Below are positions 14,301 through 27,366 of a DNA stretch of 64,000 nt, piece by piece. Both the position numbers and the translations under genes were made by a program. The DNA is from Magallana gigas (lineage: Eukaryota). The notes under the pieces are model-generated. The model worked only from the letters and a program-made list of their open reading frames with translations. It did not search any database and had not been told where the DNA came from. Position 1 is the first letter of the stretch. Every line of letters starts with the position of its first letter. The stretch is taken from contig NC_088855.1 of assembly GCF_963853765.1 (NCBI RefSeq), forward strand, positions 51,770,001-51,834,000, read 5' to 3'.

Positions 14301-16506
14301 TAATTACTTTTTTATTTAAAAAATGTGCTTGTCTCCATAGACCTTAATGCAATCTTCATTAATTAATTCATGCTTAGTTAATAATATTTTTGAAAATTTC
14401 TCTCGGTAAATCTTTTTCTACTCGTAAATGCTTTAAATAAATATCAAAGTATTAAATACATGATGAATATTCAAGGTTGGAAAAATTTGGTCCTAATATG
14501 GATCGGATACCTTAATAAAAGAAATAAGGAAATCTACCACTTAAGATTAATCAATCTCCAGAGAATTTACGCTATTCCATTCTTTGAAGTTTTAGTATCT
14601 ACATGTATTTCTGTTGTTTCAAGGACAACTTTACACAATTCTTATCAGGAAATGTTTTATTTTAATTGTTCAGAAATCTACAGGGAGGATTTATTTGTTG
14701 TAGGTGATGGAGGATTTGATAGGCGACATTGTGGTGGGCACTAAAGGGATTCTAACAGATGACAGATTGTTCATGGTGCTAAAGGTCAGGTCTTAGTCGC
14801 TCATTACGCAATAGCTGATTCAATAGGCTATAAATTGATTTGTAAAAGTCTGGGTTTTAAATCTCTCTTGTGTAAGAGATAAACAAATGTAAGTGCTTAT
14901 ACATGTACAAGTGTATTCAAATACCGGTAATTTAAATGTAAAGTCTCAGGGGTGTGAAGACTTCTGGTAATTTTGATTGACATGAGAAGATAAACAATAT
15001 AATTAAAGGGTCTATGATGGCACAAAAAAGGCAATTTAAATGCAAGGATTAATTTGTTTATCCTAGCAAGTTTGTCTAATTTGTGGCTATGACACTCAGT
15101 TCAGTTCACTTCAGTTCTTTATTAACTTTAAGCTATACAAACATTATATGAGTTCATTCACGTTAGATTGTGAGTGGACCTTTCACTATAAATTTTTTTA
15201 ATTTGTTTCCTTAAATTCTTTTTTTATGTTTTATTTCTATGTGAATACTCTCTTGTAAAAATCTGAACAGATTTTGCCAATTGTTGAAATTCCCATAATG
15301 TAATTACTACACATCTAAATATTCTTATTATTACATGTATTATTAAGAATATATATATGAATTATAAATCCATTAGCCCCTTGCCCCCTTCATGATATCT
15401 GTCATACTCTTCTTTGCACATCAAATTAAAATTGATTGCCAAAGTTTTAGTTAATAAATAGCTAATTGATAATTATTAAACAATTGCAGTTATATCAGAT
15501 TTCACCAATTGAAAGTACATGTACTTGTATATCAATTTGCCCAACAAAAAAGCAGTCCTGCAGTTTTAGTGAAACAATCTTTTGTGTAATTTCATTTGTT
15601 TGATGTCAGTTTACATTGTATCAATTTTCTATATGATGGAGACATTGACAATGTTGATATTTAGGGTTTGCTGGGCAATAATTTACTAGTTGGAACCAGT
15701 TGGTTGGCAGCTGTAAAATTTTGACTTCTTTATACAGGTGATGGAAATGAGCCCCTCACAATTTGCCATATATGAGGAAGAATGTGAGGAAGGCTGGGAA
15801 GAGGACCTAGATGAGGACACATCTGTCCTCACAGAGTTTGGTGAGTCTTGACCTTATCAATTGAAGGGACCAACCTCTGTCAATGTGATATAAAGGACAG
15901 TTACAGCATTTGATAAGATAAAAGTCAGGATACCTAGCCTTCTTTTTTATGACTGTTTGTATACATGAATGTTAATGGATCCAAAGGTGTTCATTTCAGA
16001 TGAAGGTTTCCATTGTAATGTTGTTGCAAAATATCATAATACAGAGTATTTTGTACCCAGGTTCCTGTTCTTTGATTATAACTTGAGATGGAGCAATTTA
16101 TGTTTATGAAAGGACTACTTAAATAATAATTCTTTTAAATCAGAGATGGTTGAGGTAGGGGGAGGGAGACAAAAATGAAACATCTGATTATACAATGCAT
16201 TGTAATTCTCTGTTGTAGAAAAAATGAAAGATCTGAGCCAGACTTGGAAAACTATTATCTATAGGTGGGTTCAATGAACATAATAAAGCTTTATGTTGAA
16301 AAATTGTCAGCTGATATTGTAAAATAAACAATATTCTTTTTTTTAGATCAGCAACAGAGTCCCTCAAGCGATACAAGACAAATGTGCAAGAAGACGAGGA
16401 GAAACTGAAACAGATCGATTCCCTTAACTCCTGCCAGCAATATTCTCTACACCTCTGTTATGGACAAAAAATGTTACTGAATAAATTAATAAATGCATGT
16501 AAATGA
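8315..16506 (+). CDS. SETD6: N-lysine methyltransferase SETD6 (11 coding exons, 460 aa)
   Basis: Exons 8315-8458, 9934-10078, 10410-10545, 12834-12962, 13204-13447, 13590-13688, 13838-13933, 14704-14784, 15738-15840, 16219-16264, 16347-16506; sum 1383 nt, phases consistent. Motifs: [10 protein letters not shown]-terminus, [23 protein letters not shown], acidic loop, [31 protein letters not shown]-terminal YGQKMLL as in SETD6. Confidence 0.93.
9103..9780 (-). mobile_element. 5'-truncated, degenerate non-LTR retrotransposon (LINE) fragment in SETD6 intron 1
   Basis: Translates to motifs typical of the region after the RT core: [54 protein letters not shown]. Frameshifted downstream. Clade not resolved. 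Confidence 0.85.
10280..10370 (+). mobile_element. Degenerate tRNA-derived SINE head in SETD6 intron 2
   Basis: A-box-like TAGGCCAGTG (~10287) and B-box-like GATTCGATTCC (10330-10340) at tRNA-like spacing. No intact cloverleaf. Confidence 0.5.
10819..12664 (+). mobile_element. Non-autonomous Helentron (HINE-type) with internal ~168-bp tandem array, SETD6 intron 3
   Basis: 5' AACAAGAGGCC...GGTCACCTGAG. 3' GACG-type microsatellite, then hairpin GGTCACCTGAGTGACTCGGGTGACC (12635-12660) and A-run. Repeat anchors GGCCATAT at 11444, 11615, 11783, 11951, 12123, 12291 (period 168-172). Confidence 0.88.
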
Positions 16507-17845
16507 AAAAGGTGTTTAAATTATAAATTTTATCTCAGCTTTTGAACCACTATGTACTAGACAATCCTTGTAATATCAGTATGACACAATACAAAGTTTT
16601 CCATCCCCTGTCCCTCTATTACCTCTCTGTCAATTTGTTTTCAATACATGTAAATACATGTACTAAATAAACATGCCCATCAGTAAAAAAAAAAATGTAA
16701 AGAAATTGGTTCTAATTTTAGTTTTGCCAAAACATAAGACAAACATTTTAGTAAACACTACAGTGAATGTTAATAAATTTTATACAATCAATGTACATGT
16801 ATGTTTTAACTGCCAGAGCATACACTGTAGAACTGCATTGTATGCATCATTTTGGATCCAACATTTTGTTTGATGAACAAGAGAGAGTACTGGTGATCTA
16901 TTGCCATTTATAAGACCCTAATAAGACATTATGGTATAGATTACTGTTCTCTCCGAGTTTGTGTTCACTTCGATGTAAGTCCTGCGTAGGGCACTACAAG
17001 TAGAGCACAGACATAGAGGGGCGCACCTTAGGCAGCAGTGGAGGAAGCACGAGGTTGATGCTGTGATTTGATTATTATTTGGAAGGTAGAGTGATTTATA
17101 TTTGCAGGAGGCACTGTCAACCAGTTAGTGGGTATCCAATCAATTGGAAATTGTTCATAATATTCTCATGGTCAACAAAAATCTGAGTCCACACGTTAAC
17201 GGACCTTGTGCAGCGGTTGGGTGCTAGACATACACCTATTGAAACACACAGCCCGGCCGCGTTGCACATTACAAAACAATGAAAAAAAATGATGTAAGAG
17301 GATATTCCAAAATTTTCTGTGACCTGAAAAAATTTCTTGTAGAAATATATAATTGGAAGATCTGACATTTTTTATGTAATTAAATTTTCAAATACATGTA
17401 ATATAATATGGGTACTTTTAAAACCTCTTGATATTACAAGTACATGTACATACTTTGGGAACCATAATGCTTAGACATTCTACCAATCAAGCAATAATAA
17501 AACATATATGTATGGTGAACCAGTTTATTCTCACTGACTATTCATTACAGCTCAACCTACAAATCACAGCTCCACCTTTAAATCAACACACATTCTAATC
17601 TCCAAACATACAAATTACATACACTTAAATCAACACACTCGATTCTAATCTCCAAACATACAAATTACATACACACGACACACATTTTACACAATGTATG
17701 CAAAAGTGTAACACTTAAAAACTGAAAGTGAGACTTTAACAATTTTCCCTCTCTTTTTTGTTTACTAGTGAAGCTATAAAATTTGTGGCATGAACACACT
17801 GCAACATATCAACCATGCATAACAATCATAACAGACTGAACACAG

Positions 17846-19732
17846 AAACAAGAGGCCCATGGGCCACATTGCTCACCTGAGCAACAATAGGCATGATAAA
17901 ATCAGCTTTATGGAGTCATAATACAAAATATCTGGACAATGTGGTATAATACATGTAGATCCTATACAAAAAAAAAATTTTCCCCTGTTTCCCCCTATTC
18001 TTATATTTATAATCAAGTCCCTTTTCTAACAGGATGATTTTATAGTCATATCACATTCAGCATTGCAGTTATCAAAAAGACCCTTAACAATCGTTTATAT
18101 ATAGGATATAAACCTACATCAAACTCTGAACCCCTTGTGAGGTCCAATAATCGTCCAGGGGCCAAAGTCTAAACAATTTTAAAGAATCGGCAATATATAA
18201 AAATGCTTGCATATAAGTACAAGCATATATAATAACATTTCAGTTTTTGTGAATAATTAAAATGTTTTCCTTTGTACAACTCAATCCCCAATGTGGCCCA
18301 ACACTACTCCTAAAGATTGTGATTTGAACATGAGAATCTACACTATCTGAAGTTTCTTTCACTAAAGTTACAGCTTTTCTGGGAAAATGTTTTTTTTAGA
18401 AAAAGATTTAAAGATATTTTTCTATATATTCCTATGTAAAAATTCTCCCTCCCCCCTTGTGACCCCATCCTACCCCCGGGAATCATGATTTGAATAAACT
18501 TGAAATCTCACTACCAGACAATGCTTCCAAACAAGTTTCAGCTTTCCTGCCCAAATGGTTATTGAGAAGATTTTTAAAGATATACTCTATATATTCATAT
18601 GTAAAAATGCAACCCCCAATTGTGGCCCCACCCTACCCCCAAGGGTCATGATTTTCACAACCTTGAATCTACACTATCTGAAGATGCTTCTACACAAGTT
18701 TCAGCTTTCCTGGCTGATTCCTTCTGAGAAGATTTTTAGTAATTTACTATATATTCCTATGTAAAAAGTCGACCCCCAAATGTAGCCCCACTGATCCCCA
18801 GAGGGTCATGAATTTTACAACTTTGAATCTACACTACTTGAAGATGCTTCTACAAAAGTTTCAGCAATACCGGCATAGTGGTTTCTGAGAAGAAGATTTT
18901 TAAAGATTTACTCTATATATTCATATGTAAAAATTTGACCCCCATTGTGGCCTCACCCTACCCCCAGGGTTCATGATTTTCATAACTTTGAGTCTACACT
19001 ACCTGAGAATGCTTCCACACAAGTTTCAGCTTTCCTGGCCAAATGGTTCTTGAGAAGATGATTTTTTTAAAGATTTACTCTATATATTCTTATGTAAAAA
19101 TTTGACCCCATTGTGGCCCCACCCTACCCCCGAGAGTCTTGATTTTCACAACCTTGAATTTTCACTACCTGAGGATGCTTCCATCTAAGTTACAGCTTTC
19201 CTTGCCAAATGGTTCTTGAGAAGAAGATTTTTAAAGATTTACTCTATATATTCTTATGTAAAAATGCAACCCCCCATTGTGGCCCCACCATTCCCCTGAA
19301 AGTCATGATTTTCACAACTTTAAATCTACACCACCTGAGGATGCTTCTGTATAAGTTACAGCTTTCCTGGCCAAATGGTTCTTGAGAAGGAAGATTTTTA
19401 AAGATTTAATCTATATATTCCTATGTAAAAGTCGACCCCCCCCCCCCCCCCCAATGTTGCCCAACCCTACCCCCAAGGGTCATGATTTTCACAACTTTAA
19501 ATCTACACTTCCTGAGGATGCTTCCACAAGAGTTTCAGCTTTCCTATCCTCATGGTTCGTGAGAAGAAGATTTTATCGAAAATTTCTCGAAAATTTTCAA
19601 TGATTCATAATTATCTCCCTTTGCAAAAGGGCGTGATCCTTAATTTTCACAACTTTGAATCCCCTTTGCCTAAGGATGCTTTGTGCTAAGCTTGGTTGAA
19701 ATTGGCCCTGTGGTTCTTGAGAAGATGTTAAC

Positions 19733-19765
<33 letters not shown>

Positions 19766-19787
19766 ACAGACAAAATGTGATCAAAAT

Positions 19788-19822
<35 letters not shown>
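17846..19822 (+). mobile_element. Non-autonomous Helentron (HINE) with ~166-bp Cg170/BIV160-like satellite array
   Basis: 5' AACAAGAGGCCCATGGGCCACATTGCTCACCTGAG. About 8 units containing CCCCCATTGTGGCCCCACCCTACCCC...AATCTACACTACCTGAGGATGCTTC. GACA microsatellite and terminal hairpin AGCTCACTTGAGCTTTCAGCTCAGGTGAGCT (19788-19818). The Cg170 assignment is recalled similarity, not a run search. Confidence 0.88.
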
Positions 19823-19825
<3 letters not shown>

Positions 19826-20999
19826 TATCCATTAGTTCGTTAATATCATATACAGCTTGAGAGATTAGTACTTTGAAGCAACGCAACAAAATGAGACGGT
19901 CCATATTTTTTCTAATTACAATTATATAAACAACCCTTTCAAAAACAAACACGAAAAAATGTGAAATATGACCGAGAGGAAAAACTTTTCTTTTAGTTAA
20001 ACTATTAAGATGTACTTATTAATAAATTCATTTTTGACTTTCAAGGCACAAGCTTCCACAGATCTGGAATGTTTGAGGTTAATAATCTATATACAGATGT
20101 ACCACCGGTGCAATTCATTACTCAATATATAAAATTGTATTACAGATTGGGAATTCCAAATGTCTTTTCAAACGCAGAATAACACCAAATTTATCCTTTT
20201 TAAATACGTGTACCTGGTAATTACTTGGCACATATAATCATACAGAAAAATAAATTTTGCATTTTTTTTCAGTTTGAAACATTTTTTTCATATACATGTA
20301 TTGAAAAAAGTTCAGTCCAGTTTCTAAAAAGTTTAGAATTACATGTATATAAAATGATATGAAAAGTTAATTAAACAAGAATTGTGAGATCCACAATTTA
20401 TGGCAATTTATATCTATGTATCTTTTAGATAAAAGAAAAAAATTATGTAGAGCATATTAAAAAACTCTCAGTTATTTAATACATGTAATATGCAGAGAAT
20501 AAACATTAGTGATAAACTGACATAACATTTCAATTACATGCATTGAGAAAAAATTTGGCACATAATTTACACACGATTTGAGGACATCAAACCCTACAAG
20601 CACAAACAGGATTGGTAATATATATAAATTTACATGTATACGGATATACATCTAGCCGTATAAACCTGAAGAATTCAATAATTGTCCAATAAATAATTTT
20701 AATATTATCAACCATTTGTTCCTTGCTTCAATTTAATCTTAAAAGTTAAATTGCTTTGCAACTAAAACAGTATGCAAGACAAAAGTGATTTTCTGAAGGT
20801 TTCTCTATTTCTCTAAGAATTGCAGTTAGGGGAAATGTAACAAAATGGACAACAATTTTCAGATCATTGCCGTCAAATTGTGTCCTACATGAATATAATA
20901 TTGGAACACAGCATTACACACATAATGCATATGATAAAAAAAATTTTTGGACTAGAGCACTATCAACACATTGTAAGCTGACTGAAGACACAGGATGCA

Positions 21000-21225
21000 T
21001 ACTGTAGATGCCTTATTATATGCGAGTACTTAATTCCACGATTCAACAATTTTCCATCAAATCACGAGAACATAAAATTGCGTAAAACGAAATTTTATTA
21101 TATTGTATTATCATGTAGTTTACATGTATCAGAAAATTAAAAGCGAGATTTAAGAATTCCTTGATGGGCTTCTTGCAATTTTACGCGGATATTAATTCCT
21201 CGCGTTTAATTAGGAATTTACAGTA
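21000..21225. mobile_element. MITE with TACTGTA...TACAGTA ends (TA-flanked, Tc1/mariner-like)
   Basis: Starts TACTGTAGATGCC, ends GGAATTTACAGTA. Imperfect subterminal symmetry (TATGCGAGTACTTAATTCC vs TTAATTCCTCGCG). No ORF. Confidence 0.6.
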
Positions 21226-21501
21226 GCCGCAGGTCTATAGCTCCCATTCTGAAAAAATTCGCTCTAAGGTTGTCCGTTAGAATTTTTTTCAGACTGATAG
21301 CAAGACCTGCAGCTACTTGATGCATAGATGGGATCCTGATGTTTTTGCCGAGGAATCAAGGCATCTTTTTTATGAATTAACCAAGTCTGAATTTACTTGG
21401 GAAGTCCTGAACCAACAAAATTTCCTGTGGATCCCAACATGAAGCATAAAATGTGCCTACTTGTTTCTCATCTCTCCTATAAATTGGTCACACGCGAGAG
21501 T

Positions 21502-23029
21502 TTATTTGTGTCTGTGACAGAAGTCCCGTCCTGGTGCTGCAGACAGTCGGCATGGAGTTCCGGTTCGTGTCAAGCCATGACAGCGCACGCTCGTTGTACT
21601 TGACCTTGAAGGGGTCGATGACCTGTTAATGGTCAAGTCATTGAAATAAACATTGTTTTTTGTTATACAACTAGCAAAAACAAATTTTACTCTTAAATTA
21701 TTTTAACTTTATCATATCAAATTTTCTGTCTTGTACAATTCAATACAAGAAATTTGGAAAAAAATTTCATAGGAACCTTGAAAATGATCTTCCAAATCCT
21801 GAAGTGGATGGAAGGGGTGTCTCTGGTCGGAACGTTTCTGTAGCATCCAAGTTATCATCTAAAAACCTCCGAATGTTTTCATCTTCTTCTAACTGAAAGG
21901 GAAAAAAAGCTGTATAAATGAAAGCCAAAACATGCTTGTGCAAAAACATGTTATTTTCATTATAATAAATGTAATAAAATGCTAAGTGATCAATGTCAAA
22001 GCTAACAAGGTCAAACATTTGCTACACAGGATATGTACCATTGTAGAGGAGTCTGGCCTGGCTCTTGTTGCTTGGTTCTGATTAAATTGGTTCCCTGACC
22101 CTCCTCCATCATTGCCTTCTGGAACTAGATGAAGAAAATGGTACATGAACATACAATAGGGACCAATGAAAAGTTCTAATTTAATTGGACCATTCCTTTT
22201 ATTGTTTCTAACAAACAAATAAGTTCTGTAAAATAGTGTCAAGCATTGTGTTGTAAATTTAATCGACAGGGTTTTATGTATTGTTACAATCGGGTTCGTT
22301 ATCGGGTTGGTCTGTTGAGACGGTAAGAAATGATATTCTGCATAACAGTGCATTGTTTTCACAAATTTCTACAAAGCGGTAGGGGACGTGTATTGCTTAT
22401 GCAATACTCTCAGAATGCTTGTTTTTATTATCTTTCTCATATTACTAATGTTCAAGTACATTTATGCACATTTGTACTGTGTACATATGTGTATCTATAA
22501 ATGTCTTGTTTTCTGTAAGTATTTTTTTTTTCATTATACTTTGGGATGTGTCTTATACTCAAGTTCATATTAATACTTACAAGGGACTTAAAAGGGCTTC
22601 ACCATCATTTGTGAAATGACAATTATATAAGCACTGAATATAGAAAACAAAGATTGAAACTATGCTTGCTGTTACCTGAATTTTGGACTCTTTGCAGTAA
22701 GTGTTGCAATGTTTGTATTTCATCAGCAGACAGTGGAGAGGACCTTGCACCAGGGTCGGCATCTCCAATGGCCATGTACTGCTCCCTTCTGTAGTAAGAC
22801 TTCGGACGCCAAATGTGATACATCACATTAGCTAAAAACAAATTAATTTATCAATAGTTAACAAACAGCCATATTGATAAATACTCGTACTCTGCCTTCA
22901 AAAGAAATGAAATCTGAAATGCACTACCAATTTTGCTTGAATATTATAAAGGTTGAATCTTAAGAAAATCTGTCATGTATATTTGATGCATTATATTTAT
23001 TGAATCATGTAATTCTGAGCAATGCAAGT

Positions 23030-23067
<38 letters not shown>

Positions 23068-26000
23068 CAACAGTAGACATTATAAAATCAGCTTTATGGA
23101 GTCATATGCAAAATATCTGAACAATGTCGTACCATAGATCCTGTATAAAAAAAATTCTTCTGCATATTCTTATGTTTTTCATTGAGCCCTTTTGTAACAG
23201 GATGATTTTATAGTCATAACACATATTTAGCATTGTAGTTCTCGAGAAGATGATCAGGCGTAAACAACTGTACAGTTTTTATATGGATTATAAACCTACA
23301 TCAAACTTTGAACCCCTAGTGAGGCTGAAGAATTGTTCAGGGGCCAGAGTCTAAACAATTTTAAAGGAATTAACAATATGTCAAAATGCTTGCATTTAAG
23401 TAAAACCATATTAAATAACATTTGAGTTTTAAGTGAATAATTTAAATTTTCCTTTGTAAAATTGGAGCCCCCCATGTGGACCAACCCTATTCCTACGTAA
23501 AAATTTCACATCCTCCTTCCCCCCCCCCCCCCCCACTTCTAAAAATAAGATCTTTAAAAAAAATTTCTTTAAATTCCTATTTAAAATTCGACCCCCATTG
23601 TGGTCCCATCCTTCTCCTGAGGATCATGATTTGAACAAACTTGAATCAACACTACCTGAAGATGCTTCCACATGGGTAACAGCTTTTCTGGCCAATCAGT
23701 TTCTGAGAATAAGATCTTTAAATTCTCTTTATATTCCTATGTAAAATTCGACCCCCATTGTGGCCCCATCCTTCTCCTGGGGATCATGATTTGAACAAAC
23801 TTGAATCTACACCACCTGAGGATACTTCAATACAAGTTACAGCTTCTCTGGCTGATCAGTTTCAGAGAAGAAGATTTTTGAAGATTTACTGTATATATTT
23901 CTACGTAAAAAATTGACCCCAATTGTGGCTCCACCTTACTCCCAGGGATCATGATTTGAACAAATTTGAATCTACACTACTTGAGGATGCTTCCACACAA
24001 GTTTCAGCTTTTATGGTTTTTGAGAGGAAGAATTTTTAAAAATACCAACAAATTTTCAATGATTTGTTATTATCTACCCTTGAAAGAGGGCATGGCCTTT
24101 CATTTAAAAAAAAACTTGAATTTCCTTTACCCAAGGATGCTTTGTCATAAGTTTGGTTAAAATAGGCTCAGTGGTTCTAGAAAAGAAGTCAAAAATGTAA
24201 AATTTTACGGAAAGACAGACAGAAAGATTGACACCAGACAAAAATTGATCAAAAAGGCTCACTTGAGCTTTCAGCTTGAGATTTCATTAGAATATTATAT
24301 ATTATAACACATGTTCGTGTCAAACTGTACAATTAAAGTGTAATAAATGTATATTTTCCAAAAGTTTTCGTCAGTTTAATAACTTTTAAAGTTACCAGTG
24401 ATTACTAAAAAACATTCAATTCTCAACACTATATATTCCTTAAATAAATTTCTGTCTTTGGAGTTGGACTTGAAATCACTCAGATATACACCTATTTCTG
24501 TTTGATTACCTGTGACAACAGTCACGATGAAGCCCAGGACATGTCTGAAGCCGATACTCTGTCCAAACTTCAGCTCGGCCACAGCATTGGCGGTCAACGC
24601 TGCTATAATGGCAAGTCGCGACAAGCGAGGAATTTGTAGATAAACAGACATGATGATTATAAACAGGAAGAACATTAGGTGCTGTCCCCAGGACATCATT
24701 ACTGCCAGCTTGTCCTCTGTGAGGGAAATCAAAACTCTCCAAACTGATGTCTTGTCTAGTGATCTTATATTTTATTTTATTATTTCACATGTATGTGTGC
24801 ATGTAAAGCACGCAAGAAATATGCAATTATACATGAATTTGCTATTTTATTTTCATAATTATGATAATACTCTTCTTTTATAAATACCATTTTCAATATC
24901 AAGATGTTCTATTAATGAAACTAAAAATAATCAGTAAAAACTATGCATTTTTAAAGAACATTTTAGGTTCATTATCCTTCTCATCACAAACATTTACATA
25001 ATTCTGCTTGAATGATAAAGATTTTCAAAAGAAAACTATATTATGATTAAAATCCAGTATGCAGTGTGAGGAAAATTTCACTGTACATTGTAATACAAAT
25101 GTACTTCTTTTAAGTGACAAATCAGTAAAGGAATAACAATTCATTATACCAATGGTATAGTTACTCCCCTCATAAGAGAGTCACCGTACCTTAAGTTTTA
25201 GGCAGAATATTTTACCTGAACTGCCTAGGATATGAGAGAACCAGCTGATTTTTTTCTCCAAGTCTTTCTGCATTGTGAGAACTGTGTCCATCAGTTCAGA
25301 GACCGAGGAGTTGATCTTGTTCACATTCAGGTACATCTCCAGATAGAACTTGGTCATCTCTTTATGGTTACGTAACAACTGAGCCGAGCTCTCATCTGCA
25401 ATCAAATTAAAAACAAACATGTATACATCCACAAGCATTACAGTCATAAGGTAAAATTTTAAGGCTCACTGAATAAAAGATACAGTACTTAGTTTTATCT
25501 CACATATAGTATTTCTGACAAATTTTGAGTGCTGTATATACTGGTATTAATACAAAATCATTTCAAATATAAATCTTTAACCCTATTTGGATTTTCATTT
25601 CAAAAGAAGAGAATTATTTTTCCTCAAGTGAACATTATCATGTACCTAGTTTCTTTAGAGCATCCTGTGCCTTTATGTGTATCTGACCAAGATCCTCAAT
25701 GATGTTCTTATAATTCTCCTGTTGTTTCCTCTCCTGAGTGGCCATATTCTCAGCAGTTAAATCTATATATCAGAAATAAACACATACAGTGTAATACATA
25801 GTCTTTTAATGCATCTTAAATTGAAATAATAGTTTTGTAAATCACTCCAATATAAGTATGAATACAATGTTAATTAGCCAACATCAAGTACATGTATCTG
25901 TACCAAGCAAAGCACTTTTCATCTTTTCAATCATTTTAAGATCTATAGAACAGACAGTAAAGGTATGCAAAAACTGGTGTTTTTCTTTTTATGAATCATT

Positions 26001-27330
26001 CCTGTCTGATAGTTTTAATCATGGAAATAACTGGATGTCATACTGCATGGGAACAAGATCAATCATTATGTACGGTAAACTGTACGTGTCACTCTACAGA
26101 TACTGATGCAAGATCAGATAATTTTAAGCATGAACAGATCAGTAAAAACAAAATTAGGTCTTGTTTGTACTCTTACATTAATGCAGAAAAACTGTGCATA
26201 TCAATAACCATTTGCTTCATTCTTAATTTGAATATTGAACTACATTTCTATATTTGCAATGTATGAGTTCCTTCCCCTTGCTCTATACCTAGTTTCTTCT
26301 TAATGTTCTCCACCATTTCGGCAAGCTGTTTATTTCCTGTGGCTATCAGAGATTTCTCCTGATGAAGGTTCTTCATATTGCTCTCCACGTTGGACATGAT
26401 GGTGTCGTGGGCTAGTTTCAGCTGCTGGTGATTTCCCAGTAACTCCATCTGACTATCGAACAATTTCTGAACTGTCTCTGAGGTCAAAGAGTGCAGCAAC
26501 TCCTGTCCTTTCTGGTAATCATAAACACATTGCTTGCATATACATGACTTAATTATATTGAAGTACAGCAATTAGCAAATTTTATCTTTATACTAAATTC
26601 CATTGATCTTTGAAAAACACTGTTTATTGTACCACAGTTTTATTTTACAAGGAGAACCCTGTGTGCATCACAATCTATAACATGTATAAATCTGCTTAAC
26701 GCAATAAATTACAAAGTACAGTGTGTACAGGATACTAAACAAGGGGCCACATTGCTCACCTGAGCAACAATACCAAACTGACATACTCTGATCCAAACAG
26801 CTTAAATAAATAAAATACGGAAATATCTGTACAATTTTGCAGAGGTATAAAATAATTTTTAGCAAATATTTTAACACTGAGTCCAAATTAAGAATGAAGA
26901 TTTTCCTCAGTATATTCCTATGTAAATATTGTAGAATTGTGGCCCCACCTTACCTCCAGGGATAATGATTTAATGAAACTTGATACTACACTATATGAGA
27001 ATGGTTCCATTTAAGTTTCAATATCTGGCAAAATTGTTTTTGAGTAAACATGTAAAAGATTTTCAAACATTTAACATTATCTGTTCTTATGTAAATTTGC
27101 TCCCCCCCCCCCCCCCCATTGTGAACCCATCACATCCCTGGGATCGTGATTTGTTGAACAAAACTGAATCTACACTCTCTGAAGATGCCTTATTTTAAGT
27201 TTCAAATTTATTGGCCAAATGCTATTTGTGACGAATATTTTCTAAAATGTCAATAAATTTTCTTTATTTTCGAACAATCTCCCCTTTATGTAAGGCCCTT
27301 CATTTGAACAAACTTGAATGATCTTGGGCA

Positions 27331-27366
<36 letters not shown>

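Noticed and set aside
17578-17674. ~48-bp tandem duplication (similar ones at ~2975-3060 and ~44042-44128)
   Set aside because: Simple two-copy slippage duplications in non-coding DNA with no further structure.
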